Of a stretch of DNA of 64,000 bases, positions 42,812-53,225 are shown in pieces. The translations under genes and the position numbers were made by a program. Location: the NCBI GenBank assembly GCA_026986575.1, contig JALSOH010000011.1:1-64000 (forward strand), written 5' to 3'. The notes beneath the pieces are model-generated. The model searched no databases, was not told the DNA's origin, and was given only the letters and a program-made list of their open reading frames with translations. Position 1 is the stretch's first letter. Each line of letters begins with the position of its first letter. Origin of the DNA: Thermoproteota archaeon (GTDB lineage Archaea > Korarchaeota > Korarchaeia > Korarchaeales > Korarchaeaceae).

Positions 42812-43234
42812 CTATTCCAAGGCCCCGATCTCCATGAAGATGTCAGCTCCCTCAGCAATGAGTTCCCTGATCTCCGAAGCTCTCACACTCCTGAACTCGC
42901 TCACGCCGCCCTCATTTCTGACCACGTAGATGGCGAGATCCTCGTCAGGTACCTTATCCACGATCGTCTCCAAGAAGTAGGGGTTATCGCGCGCGGTGGT
43001 GATCATATAAGAGTTGGACTCCTCCATGGCCAGCCTCTCCGCCAAGAACTTGGTGTAGAAGGGGAATTCGTGGGCCTCCGGTTCCTCCATCAGCACTAGC
43101 GATTTCCTGTTAGTCTCGATCGCCGCAAGGAAGAATATCAATCTCCCCATGGTATCCGAAAGCATATATTCCTTTATCTCGAGTATCTCACCTGTGCGGA
43201 GTAATTTGAGGAACCTGACCCTTTTGCTAGGCAT
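42812..43234 (-). pseudogene. C-terminal fragment of an AAA/ABC-type ATPase
   Basis: LSDT…LMEEPEAHEFP; H-loop TTHNPY replaced by TTARDNPY; no Walker A in the ORF. Confidence 0.7.
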
Positions 43235-43703
43235 TTCAAGGCTTCAACCAGAGAGCAGAGTCAGTGCGGTTCCACCGATGGCATAAACCGCACTTCCTCT
43301 ACGGCGAACCTCGATACTACCTCCTTCAAGAGGTTCATCAGGGAGCTCCTATCCATCAGGACCTACCTCCTGCCTTTTAGCGCGCGATTGGATATCCCTA
43401 GGGGCTCACTGCATAGCAGGAGTTGCTAGCACCATTCGAGGGATCAGTGAGGAGTAACCTCCGGTAGAGTGTGCTTCAGCCAATTCAGGAAGATCATCAA
43501 GGCGGATTCGTAGCTCCAAGCGTACTGAAGGGAAGAAAGAGGGGTATTTCACTTCGCTGGAGCGAACCTTCATTATCAGGCCTCTTACTTTCACTCTCAG
43601 GCTGGGTTGAGAGATCCAGCCGTATTTAACTAGAACTGGGCCGAGGTGGGAGGGAAGGAACGTATCAACAGTTCCACGTGAGCTACGAACTCGCGCGCGA
43701 AAA

Positions 43704-44111
43704 CTAGAAAACCCTCCTCAATGGACCCCTATCGAAGTCCCTGTCGTTGCTGACTATCTCATCAACTTTCATCCTCAGAGCAACTGCCAAGTGGAGGGCG
43801 TCCTCCAGATCGTAGCTGTCGACGAATCTGGCCGCTTTAACATAATCATTCCAAGTTAGGGAGACTATTCTCAACCCTCTAATCGATCCAATTGCTTCCA
43901 GGACCTCTCTTACGAATGAAGTATCCTTTATCGTCTTATCGGCTATACTAGCAAGCACGACAGCAACCTCGTAGGGGGTTAGGGACGATATGTATACCTT
44001 ACCACCTTCAGCTTCCCTGATCCATTTCTTGGCCCTTTCACCATGCTCTGGATGGCCCCCTAACCAATACACGAAGACGTTCACGTCATAATAACGTCTC
44101 AATCGCTCCAT
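43704..44111 (-). CDS. vapC: VapC/PIN toxin
   Basis: YYDVNVFVYW…EDALHLA…IVSNDRDFD. Confidence 0.92.
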   Translation of the reverse strand: MERLRRYYDVNVFVYWLGGHPEHGERAKKWIREAEGGKVYISSLTPYEVAVVLASIADKTIKDTSFVREVLEAIGSIRGLRIVSLTWNDYVKAARFVDSYDLEDALHLAVALRMKVDEIVSNDRDFDRGPLRRVF

Positions 44112-44329
44112 CTAACCACTTCCTTCTTTAGCACTTCATCCAAGTCTTCAGGCCACCTCTTAACCTTGAACCTCCCGTAGTACCTGTCAGCAGCAGATTC
44201 CGCCTTCCTTATGATGATAGCGTTTCCCTCAACGCTTATGGAAACCAGAGTACCCTCTGAAAGGTTTACGGAGTCCCTGACTTTCTTAGGTATGAGGATC
44301 CTGCCCTTCTCATCCACCTTAGAGATCAT
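44099..44329 (-). CDS. vapB: AbrB/MazE-type antitoxin
   Basis: KVDEKGRILIPKKVR. Confidence 0.9.
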   Translation of the reverse strand: MISKVDEKGRILIPKKVRDSVNLSEGTLVSISVEGNAIIIRKAESAADRYYGRFKVKRWPEDLDEVLKKEVVRWSD

Positions 44330-44846
44330 CGTTCATTAAATACCCACTTAATATATAAATCCCACTATGAAGCTGGTGGGAATAATGCACTGGGGATCTT
44401 GCCGTCTAATTGCAGGATCAGTCCAAGAGATACATAAAGGGACGGATAATAAGAATTTATGTTAATGTATTGAGCCTCTAACCGTTGAGATATATGATTA
44501 ATGGTAATAATGGAGGTTTTTAGGAAGCAGGGTATGTTTCATCTAGAGCTAGCGGGATGTCTGAGGATGTCTGCATGGTCTCGGAACTAAATCCGCTGCA
44601 GTTCCGCCCATTTTTGTGGTAAAGCTGTTCCCTCTTCAGTTTCAACGAAAATAAGCTACTTCTCTCGTAGCCACAGCTTTGAGTTGACAGCGCCGGTCCC
44701 CGTTAAAAGCATTGTTCAATGCTATCCTCTGACTTCGGAAGGAGCTCCAGTATGTCCTCTTCTAGTACCACTACTCCCCTTGGATACCTTCTGTGGGCCT
44801 CACAAGCTTTCACCCTCACCCTACCAGCAGCAGATCCCTGAAGAAG

Positions 44847-44897
44847 AACCTCGCCCTTAATGTGATTCATTCCGGGTCCCTCGAAGCGGCTACTGCT
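44847..44897 (+). repeat. 51-bp direct repeat, copy 1
   Basis: AACCTCGCCCTTAATGTGATTCATTCCGGGTCCCT(C/T)GAAGCGGCTACTGCT; 1 mismatch to the copy at 48534. Confidence 0.9.
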
Positions 44898-45116
44898 CGC
44901 GCGCGAGCGCGTGAGAAAAGCTAGAGCATCTCCCTCCCGATATTATGAGTTCCAAGACTGATCGGATGATCGTCAAGGCCAAGAGTTCTCCTGTCTTTAT
45001 GTGATAGTTCCTTGGAATTTTTCCATACGGAGAGTCAACCGCTAAAAAGCCCCTTTCACCTAATGTAGCCACATACTTGGTGCATATCACCGGAAGATTT
45101 AATCCTTCACAACGGT

Positions 45117-45521
45117 CTAAGGCCTCAGCATCACCAGCTCCAAGTCCGGTTCCACCTCTCTTATCCTCTGAAAGTCCTCATCTAGCGAAACCAGAACTTC
45201 CCCGAGCCTCAGTGAGATAGATGCTATTAAGATGTCCGCATCGTTCACCAAGGCCCCCTTCTCCCTGAGTTTCGACCACAGGAGGGAGGCGATCCTAGCA
45301 TCCTCGTAGGTGAAAGGTACTACGGGTAGCTCGGACAGCATGCGAATGATGACCCTCAGCTCCCTCTCACTTCCCCTCCTGGCCAGGTAGGCTGCCCCTC
45401 TGAGCAATTCGTAGGCAGTTATCGACGTGACAGCTATCTCCGCGACCCCCATCTCCTCCAGCTTGCTGACGAATCCCTCGTCCTTCAGGACCTGCAGGAT
45501 AGTGGAGGTGTCAAAGATCAA
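45117..45521 (-). CDS. vapC: VapC/PIN toxin
   Basis: IFDTSTIL…ADILIAS…VSLDEDF. Confidence 0.92.
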   Translation of the reverse strand: MIFDTSTILQVLKDEGFVSKLEEMGVAEIAVTSITAYELLRGAAYLARRGSERELRVIIRMLSELPVVPFTYEDARIASLLWSKLREKGALVNDADILIASISLRLGEVLVSLDEDFQRIREVEPDLELVMLRP

Positions 45522-45732
45522 ACTCCCTCACCCTGAACCTCCTCCTCTCTTCCATGATTATCTCCTCGATATCTGAGCTTTTCAACTTCCCAGCATATCT
45601 CTTCAGGATTTCAAGTGATCTTTCCCTGTTCCTCCTGAGAAGCCTGAGTATCACGTCAGAAAAGGACTCCCCCTCCCTCTTCAATCTCGATAGCTCCTCG
45701 TAAACCTCATCCCTCAAGGATATGTTCTTCAT
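45511..45732 (-). CDS. vapB: VapB antitoxin (archaeal DUF217-like)
   Basis: MKNISLRDEVYEELSRLKREGESFSDVILRLL. Confidence 0.9.
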   Translation of the reverse strand: MKNISLRDEVYEELSRLKREGESFSDVILRLLRRNRERSLEILKRYAGKLKSSDIEEIIMEERRRFRVREFDL

Positions 45733-46039
45733 ATGTGTGTATGTAATGTGTGAATATATAAAGATGAGAAAGCGGGCCACTTACCGGTCACGCGCCAAGG
45801 TATCGCTCTGACCCTTATCTTACGACGTTAAGAAGATATATCCGACTATGGGCCAGGCCAAGTTCCCTTGGCGGTGGCAGGAGGGGCTGGTGATGCCTCG
45901 CTGATCAAGCAGGTCTACAGATTGTCCCAGAGGATTTTGGTCAGGATGATCGAGGGGAAGTGGAAGGGTAGGACCCTCTTTCCTTGGAGAGACGCTCGGA
46001 AAGGTTTTATACCTTCAGACTCAATCAGGAAAGGCGAAT

Positions 46040-46276
46040 ATGTTGGAAGAGCTTCTCAGCAGGATCGTGGTCGACCTAAAGGTGATGACCGGCAAGCCCG
46101 TGATAAAAGGCACTAGGATCACAGTAGATGCTGTTTTAGAGTTACTAGCAGCTGGAATGAGTCCCGAAGAAGTAGCGGAGGATAACAAAATAAGTGTAGA
46201 GGACGTGAAGGCCGCCCTGCTGTACGCAGCAAGGGTCTTGGGGAGAGAGGGGGTGCTGATTGACACGGAGCCTTAA
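46040..46276 (+). CDS. DUF433 family antitoxin
   Basis: GKPVIKGTRITV…DVKAALLYA. Confidence 0.9.
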   Translation: MLEELLSRIVVDLKVMTGKPVIKGTRITVDAVLELLAAGMSPEEVAEDNKISVEDVKAALLYAARVLGREGVLIDTEP

Positions 46277-46287
46277 GCCCCTACTGG

Positions 46288-46617
46288 GTGAGAGTGGGTC
46301 TAAGGGTCTATGAGCTGCTCAGGAAGGAGGGCCTCAACGTGCAAAGCGTCTTACTGGAATTCAGGGGATGCGGGGCTGCTAAAATCATTGAGATGACAAA
46401 GCATCACGGTAAGGTAATCGTCACCATGGATAAGGACTTCGGACACTTGGCGATCTCCCAAAACCCTCCTAGGATCATCCTCTTACGGCACAAGGATCCC
46501 AAAATACCGAACAGGGTGATTGCGACTTTGAGGGCGGTGAGACTTAGAGAGGGGCTGTGCGGCCACATCACGGTCGTAACGGAAACCATAATAAGGAGAA
46601 GGCCACTAGCCCCTTAG
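46288..46617 (+). CDS. DUF5615 family PIN-like toxin (N-terminus possibly degraded)
   Basis: VIVTMDKDFG; follows DUF433. Confidence 0.75.
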   Translation: MRVGLRVYELLRKEGLNVQSVLLEFRGCGAAKIIEMTKHHGKVIVTMDKDFGHLAISQNPPRIILLRHKDPKIPNRVIATLRAVRLREGLCGHITVVTETIIRRRPLAP

Positions 46618-46677
46618 CGTAGAGATTTACGGCTATCTCCTCTTTCTTCTTCTCTAGCTCGTCCTTTATGGCTGAGT

Positions 46678-47100
46678 TCACGGTGAACTCGGGGGGGAAG
46701 TCCTGTATATGAGAAGCAGGAACTCTTCTTCGCTGAGGGCCTTCCTCAGTTCTTTCAGATCCTTTACCTCCCTCATAATGTCGCTTATCGAAAATCCTAG
46801 AATCTCCGAGAACTTGTCATCGTCCTTTATGAGCTTTTGCCTGACCCTCAATCCTTCATCGGTCGGGGAAATCTTATCGTCCCCTCTCACCAAACCCAGC
46901 TGGGAGAACTCCTCAAGACCGTAGTCAAGGACCTTGCTGTACTGTCCCATGTAGAAGCTCAAATTTCAGCTCTTTCCACAGGGACTCCCTATGTCTGGAC
47001 AGGAGGAAGCCCACCTTCTTCCACAGGTTCCCCGTATGCTTTCTTCGTATCCTCGGGAGCCACAATCTGATTTGGTTCACCTTCTCGTTTTGGTGATGTG
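46678..47100 (-). pseudogene. Frameshifted YwgA/Panacea(SocA)-like wHTH protein remnant
   Basis: …WKKVGFLLS…ELKFE / FYMGQYSKVL…GLV…TDEG…LIY across two frames. Confidence 0.4.
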
Positions 47101-47108
47101 GGGGATGC

Positions 47109-47534
47109 TCATAGGACAAGGTCCTTGTACCTATAGACCCTGATGCCATACTCCCTTTCAATTAAAGGAGCGCTCTCGTGTATCAAAGAGTCCTCTGTCG
47201 CTAGATCCTCCCCTACCGAGGTGGCCGTGGCCACTATCACCGCATCCAAGTAGTCTGGGAGCAAGCTCCTAAGGGAATGGGCACCCCTGACCACGTCCTC
47301 ATTATAAAAGGGGAAGACCCTGAAGCTCCCGAGTATGGCTCGAACCGCCCTGACAACCCTTTCAGGGGGAATATCTAGCTTTCTAGCCTTGGCTTGAAGC
47401 TCAAGTATTGATATCGAGCTCAGCCCCACTTCCTCCAGTCCGATTTTAGCCCTGTTCTCCACTACTGCCACCAGTAAATCCGTGCTCACATCAATACCGG
47501 CTAGGGGGAGGAAATACGTGGTGTCCAAGATCAT
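47109..47534 (-). CDS. vapC: VapC/PIN toxin
   Basis: ILDTTYFL…YLDAVIVATA…LATED. Confidence 0.9.
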   Translation of the reverse strand: MILDTTYFLPLAGIDVSTDLLVAVVENRAKIGLEEVGLSSISILELQAKARKLDIPPERVVRAVRAILGSFRVFPFYNEDVVRGAHSLRSLLPDYLDAVIVATATSVGEDLATEDSLIHESAPLIEREYGIRVYRYKDLVL

Positions 47535-47773
47535 CTCTCCTCAAGCTCCTCACTCAGTTCCCTCCTTAACTCCTCCACCTCCTTTAGATCCACTTTCGCG
47601 TACCTCTCTGAGTAAAGCAGTTCGATCACTTCATCAGTATGGCTGAGGGCCTTCCTCAAGATGGCGTTTATCACTTTCGAAACCGCTCTAGGGGTCCCAT
47701 ATCTCCTCATGCTCTCCTTTACCAGCTTCTCGTACACATCGTCCTCCAGCACGACCGTTGTGCGCTTAGGCAT
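47531..47773 (-). CDS. vapB: VapB-type antitoxin
   Basis: MPKRTTVVLEDDVYEKL. Confidence 0.85.
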   Translation of the reverse strand: MPKRTTVVLEDDVYEKLVKESMRRYGTPRAVSKVINAILRKALSHTDEVIELLYSERYAKVDLKEVEELRRELSEELEER

Positions 47774-47935
47774 CTATGCATCTATGCATAATAATGAGAT
47801 ATAAGCGTTGAGGTCCATGATGGCATGCTGGATCTTTGAATAGTTTATCCGAAGTGGCTTGTAGAGATCCAGATCCCAGTAAAAGTAGTGGATTTCCAGT
47901 TCTCCCCTACGCTCGACGATGACCTTCTTTGTTTT

Positions 47936-48379
47936 TTATCTATCATGACTATCTCCCTTTTCTCGCTTGATGGAGTAGACGGGCCTCCCATCCACCTCAC
48001 CCACTACGATCAAATCGTTAAGGGAGATGACCTGAACTCCTTCCTCTCTTAGATCCCCAATTTTCTCGAGAATAGACGCTATCTCCCTGATCTTATCTAT
48101 GAGGGAAGCTCTGGGAAGTCCCCTGAGCTCAAGAATTGTAGCTTCCTTTAGATACTCCCTTGTCAGGATAAAACCCCGTCTCTCAAGTTCGGTTAAATCC
48201 TCGGAATCTAGAGCGCTCTCAACATCCTCTAGGAGTGAGAGGAGGTCGGTGATACCTTCCCGCAGTGAAATCCGGACCAAGTTTGAGGGTTTATCGAGAA
48301 GATCGCTCTTTGATGTCCTAGATTTTCCATGGGTTCGCCTCTCTCGGACTGCCATAACGCTACGAGAGATTAGAGGCAA
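47936..48379 (-). CDS. Hypothetical protein
   Basis: 147-aa ORF with host-like composition; no recognised motif. Confidence 0.4.
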   Translation of the reverse strand: MPLISRSVMAVRERRTHGKSRTSKSDLLDKPSNLVRISLREGITDLLSLLEDVESALDSEDLTELERRGFILTREYLKEATILELRGLPRASLIDKIREIASILEKIGDLREEGVQVISLNDLIVVGEVDGRPVYSIKREKGDSHDR

Positions 48380-48533
48380 ATAAATCTATTCGCTAGAGCC
48401 TCGACGGATATAGTATCACATGAAAGGAGATCTAAGCAGGAACTGAACCTAGCTTATTTACCGACCCCTATCATTCTAGTTAGCGTGCGATCATCTTCAG
48501 GAAGTCGTGGAGGTCGTGATGAGGCAGGTCCAA

Positions 48534-48584
48534 AACCTCGCCCTTAATGTGATTCATTCCGGGTCCCTTGAAGCGGCTACTGCT
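48534..48584 (+). repeat. 51-bp direct repeat, copy 2
   Basis: Matches 44847-44897 with 1 mismatch. Confidence 0.9.
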
Positions 48585-48687
48585 GTAAGGTGGTGAAATT
48601 AGGTCGCTTCATCATCTAGAAATCGCCCAATGATAGAAGTGAGGGTAAGGGTTAAGACTCCATCGGCATCGTACTAGGGGATGATGC

Positions 48688-48885
48688 ATGTCTAAGATCA
48701 TACGAGTCCGCTACGAGAAGGGCGTCCTGAAACCCCTCGAGAGGTTGGAGCTGGAGGAAGGTAGAGAGTATGAGATCATCTTAGGGGAGGATATAGACGC
48801 TCTCATCAGGAGGTACAGGGGTGTACTGGGGAAGTCCTCGGTAAAGGAATTCGAAGAACTCGAGGAGGAGGCCCAGCTGCAGTGA
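48688..48885 (+). CDS. AF2212/DUF104-like antitoxin
   Basis: IRVRYEKGVLKPLERLELEEG. Confidence 0.88.
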   Translation: MSKIIRVRYEKGVLKPLERLELEEGREYEIILGEDIDALIRRYRGVLGKSSVKEFEELEEEAQLQ

Positions 48886-49328
48886 TGTGCTTGGACACCA
48901 ACGTGATTTACCACTTCCTATTCGAGACCGAGTTGACCGAAAGAGCCGAGAGGATCGTTCGTCTGGGGGCCGTGACCGGCACGGCCATGCCAATGATCGT
49001 GTACAATGAATCACTCTACGTTGTGGGTGCCAAGATCGCCCGCTCGGAACATGGGGTAAAGGGAAAGTACTCGTTTCGAAAGCTAATAGCCAAGCGGGGC
49101 TTTCCTCAAAAGGCTATAAGGATGGTGAACGACTTCACGAAGGATTTCCATATAGTCATCCTGAGAGATCATCAAGATCCGGACGAGCTCGTTCATGCGA
49201 TCAAGTCCTACAGGCTCGCTCCCAGCGATGCTCAGGTAGCCATCACGTGCAAGCAGCATGGGATAGGAACACTTGCATAATTTGATACCGATTTCAACCG
49301 CGTACCTTGGCTGAAGTTGCTCCCTTAA
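48882..49328 (+). pseudogene. vapC: VapC/PIN toxin with a premature TAA before the final FDxDF motif
   Basis: LDTNVIY…SDAQVA…IGTLA*FDTDFNRVPWL. Confidence 0.8.
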
Positions 49329-49339
49329 GGGAACTCACG

Positions 49340-49760
49340 TAACTGATTCATGATTCTCATAGATGTACAGCTCTCCCTTGACTCAGGCATCAGCATTCTC
49401 CTTCTCGGATCGAAAATTGACTGAAAAACCTCTAAACAGATCTCGAATTCGTCGAGCGCGATCCTAATCTCAGTTACGGTCCCACTCACCCTCCCGCGAT
49501 CCTCCTCACAGATGAAGCCACCCCTAGACATGAGGGATATCTGAAAGGCAGCCTTATTCTCAGTATCTGAGGTGACGAGAGCTATTGAGCAACCCCTTAT
49601 CTAGATCTACGCTTGCCCAACAAGATAAGACGGATAACGTGAGAAGGGAGAACACCTTGAGCTTGTACTGGAGATAGCTGGCTGCTTGGGTGACTGGGTG
49701 ATGATCTGGATCGTCTACACCAGCCCTCCTTAGCTCGTCGTTAACCCTAATCGAAATTAC
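49340..49760 (-). pseudogene. Decayed paralogous copy of the 3' part of the 398-aa gene at 54070..55266
   Basis: DPDHHPVTQAASYLQYKLKVFSLLTLS shared, plus GGFI…EFE.CLE.FQSIF.PRR. Confidence 0.85.
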
Positions 49761-49834
49761 CCGCACCGACTTCTCTCATACGGGATCAGCTGATGTAAAT
49801 ACGAGGCGACTGCACTACATCGCAATCCGCTTAA

Positions 49835-50170
49835 CTAGAAACCCTCCAGAGACCTCACCCTTACAATCCTGTCAGTGACAACTACGAGCTTCCCGGAAGG
49901 ATCTGTTCGATTAAGGACCCGCTTGAGTAGGGTAAGTCTCCTCTCGGGGTCGACACTCGAAGTCCTGAAGATGGTCAATCCGTAAGGCCTAAGGGATCTC
50001 CTGACAACGAGCTCTCCGAAATCCTTGTCTTCAGTTAATATGATTGATTGATCAGAGATCGACTTTTCCACGACCTCCTCATCCGATGCTCCAGCCTTTC
50101 AATCCCCCACGTAAACTGACTCGAAGCCCTCAGCGACGAGTGATTCGTGAAGCCTCCTACCGACACACTC
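49835..50170 (-). pseudogene. DUF5615 PIN-like toxin, 5' degraded
   Basis: IILTEDKDFGELV; upstream VDECVG segment interrupted. Confidence 0.7.
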
Positions 50171-50171
50171 G

Positions 50172-50402
50172 TCAACTAAGAACCTCGTCCTCGATCTCAA
50201 TTCCCTCCTCCTCAAGCATCCGAGCTGCATACTCCAGAGCGGCCCTAACATCCTCCTCGGTGAGCTGCGGGTACTCCTTCAGCAGGTCCTCCACACTCAG
50301 ACCAGAGGCCAGCCTCCTGAGGATGGTTTCCATCGTCACCCTCGTCCCCTTCACGACGGGTTTCCCGCCCATTACCTTCGGATCTCTAATTATCCTGTCC
50401 AT
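50172..50402 (-). CDS. DUF433 family antitoxin
   Basis: DPKVMGGKPVVKGTRV…YPQLTEEDVRAALEYA. Confidence 0.92.
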   Translation of the reverse strand: MDRIIRDPKVMGGKPVVKGTRVTMETILRRLASGLSVEDLLKEYPQLTEEDVRAALEYAARMLEEEGIEIEDEVLS

Positions 50403-50833
50403 CAGCGTATTAGAGGGCACGAGCCTTAAAAAGAATAGACTCGTCGATACGAGCTCCCTTACAAGCAGATCTATCAACTGTGGATCCTCAAGGAGATCTG
50501 TGAGGCATTAGAGGTAGGGGAGTTCAAGGCGTGGGATGGGAAGGAACCCGTTTGGTGGATTGAACAGGGATCCGAGATATCCACGTTCACAGCGGAGGCT
50601 TCCCTCGGGGATATGACCTTCTGGTTCGAATTTCAGCTTGGTAAGATGGGCCCACATGGTGGCATATCGACTAGGGAGAGGCTACCAGTGAGGCCAGACG
50701 TCGTGGCGTGAGGGGGAGCTACAGGTACGTAAGGGAAGTGCCGGATGCAGGAAAGAGGATAGACCTCATAGTGGAGTGTAAGGAAGACCCTCTAGTATCC
50801 TAAGCCAAGGAGCTTCTTACTCGTGCGGGAAGC

Positions 50834-51217
50834 CTAATAGTTCCTCCTTAATCCTCTGATCTTCTCCTCGACGAAGACCATAACCCTATCCACCAACTCC
50901 TCTAGGGAGGTAAACTCGCTGGGCCTGACGTTCTCATCGCTACCATCGTGGAAGTGGTGGGGGAAGGTGCTCACCCGCCTGTGGGCGTTGTGAGGCGTGT
51001 TGTCCCACCTGTAGATGGTTCCGTCCACGTGCCTCCTCTCCCAGTGAACCGCGTACCTACCCCTAAGCTTCCTGGAGATCCACACGTCCACGTAGCTCCC
51101 ATCTTCTAGGTATATCCTAAGCTTTCCCTCCCTGATCTCGGCATCGACCACTGACGGGTGCCCCAGCACCCTCGTCCTAAGCCTCTCGAGCTCTTTATCC
51201 ACATCGGAAGGATTCAT
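50834..51217 (-). CDS. TumE/DUF6516-like putative toxin
   Basis: YRWDNTPH…STFPHHFH. Confidence 0.8.
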   Translation of the reverse strand: MNPSDVDKELERLRTRVLGHPSVVDAEIREGKLRIYLEDGSYVDVWISRKLRGRYAVHWERRHVDGTIYRWDNTPHNAHRRVSTFPHHFHDGSDENVRPSEFTSLEELVDRVMVFVEEKIRGLRRNY

Positions 51218-51495
51218 CTTTCTATCTCCTTCAAGAGTCCCTTCAACCTCTCCTCCCTGTCCAGCAGGTAGTCCAGCCTCATCAGGTCCTCCAGCACATC
51301 GGTCTCCTTCAGCTCTCCCCCTCTTATCTTCCCGTCCAGCTCCTCTATGCTCCTCACCCCGTACCTCGACATTATCGCTTCCGCTTCGGCCCTCACCTTT
51401 CTCAGCTCCTTCAGCAGGAAGGATCGCAATGCTTCCCTCTCCAGCTCCTCCGGATTCATGCCTAGGATCTCGCTGACCCTCGCTATGGACATCAT
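51214..51495 (-). CDS. TumA-like putative antitoxin
   Basis: RYGVRSIEELD…EDLMRLDYL; overlaps the toxin start. Confidence 0.7.
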   Translation of the reverse strand: MMSIARVSEILGMNPEELEREALRSFLLKELRKVRAEAEAIMSRYGVRSIEELDGKIRGGELKETDVLEDLMRLDYLLDREERLKGLLKEIER

Positions 51496-51881
51496 GCCTC
51501 CATGGATGAAGTCCTTCTTAATGTTAGCTGACTTTCCCAGTTTGTTACCTGATCTAATCAATCTAGCTAGAGGGTCAAGAAGATGTCTCCACTTATAGGT
51601 AAGCATCTCCTTTTACCATGGATCCGCCCCTTCTTGGGCTCTTCGCGCGGACTTAGAGAGCCAGATAGCGCCCCCATCTCGTAGGGACTCTCCTCTCTTA
51701 AAACTGTAGGCGCGCTAGTATCCTGATCCTCCTGACTCACCTGTCAACCGGCTGGAAGTATACTCATAATCCTCTAGGCTTCGTATCAATCCCTCAGTTC
51801 ATTCTTGAAGTAAAGGTCCCTCATGAGCTTCACGCGTTATTGTGAGAGGAAATTTTGGGTAACAGATTGGAGGGTTCTTAA

Positions 51882-52548
51882 ATGAATAAATCGAGTGAGA
51901 AGGCTTCTAGCTCTATAATTGACTATTATATCGAAGTTTTGCGCGAAAATAAGCGCTTTCTACGAGATAACGCAGAGGACATATGCAGAGAGGTTGTAGG
52001 ATTGGTTAACGATACGATCGATTATGTCTTATCTGCTTTGAAAAGGAAAAGTGAAACACTCATAGAACCTTTTCGATTTTTCTTATATCACGTTCTCATG
52101 CCTCAGAGCTATGCCATTTTGGCGGATCTTCTGATGGCGAACCTGCCAGCATGCTTCATGGAGCTCAGGTTGATGCTGGAGACTATGGCAGAGTCCTATC
52201 TAGCAAATCTATATCCAAATAACGAGCCGTTCTTTGAAGGGGAAACTGAGTCGCTTTTCGGTAAGAAAGCAAATCTAAGTTGCTAGAGGAATTCGGAGAG
52301 AAGATTGGATCGGGAAGGAGACCCACTGCTCTATGGGGTAAACTCTCCAGGGAATTGGTTCACACGGAGGGGATAGTCACTAGAATAGTTCAAAAAGTAG
52401 CTCAGAAAGGAGATATACATGCTTGGGCCTTGTGATACCCGTAAATTATACAAGGGAAGATCTAGATACTCTCAATGAATTAGGCAAAATGATTAGGGAG
52501 TTCAGAGAGGTATTGAGAAAAACTGCGGGGAAGTATGGCCTCTTCTGA
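51882..52548 (+). pseudogene. Helical (HEPN-like?) hypothetical gene broken by frameshift and stop
   Basis: ORF 51882..52286 (ELRLMLE) continues out of frame as …LWGKLSRELVHTEG…. Confidence 0.5.
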
Positions 52549-52570
52549 TTAGATGAGGATAACCTACCGC

Positions 52571-52865
52571 TTAGACGCAGAAAGCATATACCGGGCATAG
52601 GGGTCTGCTATCCTGTATGTAACTCGGAACCCTCGTGACGGGCAGGATGCACTCCAATCGAATGAGAAGAGGGTATCCGTTGGGCGGTTCCCAGTACCTT
52701 ACTGATTTCTCAGCCAGTTCTTCATCAAGAAGCCTGCAGAGGACCCAGATTCCTTTAACACCACAGTTTTCACCGTAAAGGAACACGTAGCCGCCCGAGT
52801 TCTAGTGCTTCCCATCTTTCCCTGTTCCTCTTATTGTCAAGGAAACCCCATAAGCCCTCCGAATA
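52571..52865 (-). pseudogene. EVE-domain-like remnant
   Basis: GLWGFLDNKRNRERWEAL…VFLYG…YWEPPNGYPLLIRL, across a frameshift. Confidence 0.5.
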
Positions 52866-53225
52866 TATCGAGGATAGGTGGGGATGTGAGAAGCTCCTGA
52901 CATTTACTATGGCGCGCGCCGGGTCAGGGACCTTCGCAGAATGAAATCAAAACTTTTACGGTATGGTATATTAGATATCCGCAATTCGCGCGCGAATGCA
53001 CGCCTTTTTGGGTCATGTGAAGCTAGGAAAAAAAATGGATCCGTCGCCATAGAGGGAGACTTACTACTAAATGGTTCTAAGCGCGCGCTACTAGATCGCC
53101 TAATTTCACCACTCTAGCCTGGATCCGTGGTGAAATAGACAACCAGATTGTCCTGAATGGCCTTAACCTCGCTGGCACTCATGATATCCCCCTCAGCCAG
53201 GTAGCTAATAGGAAACAGGTTATCC

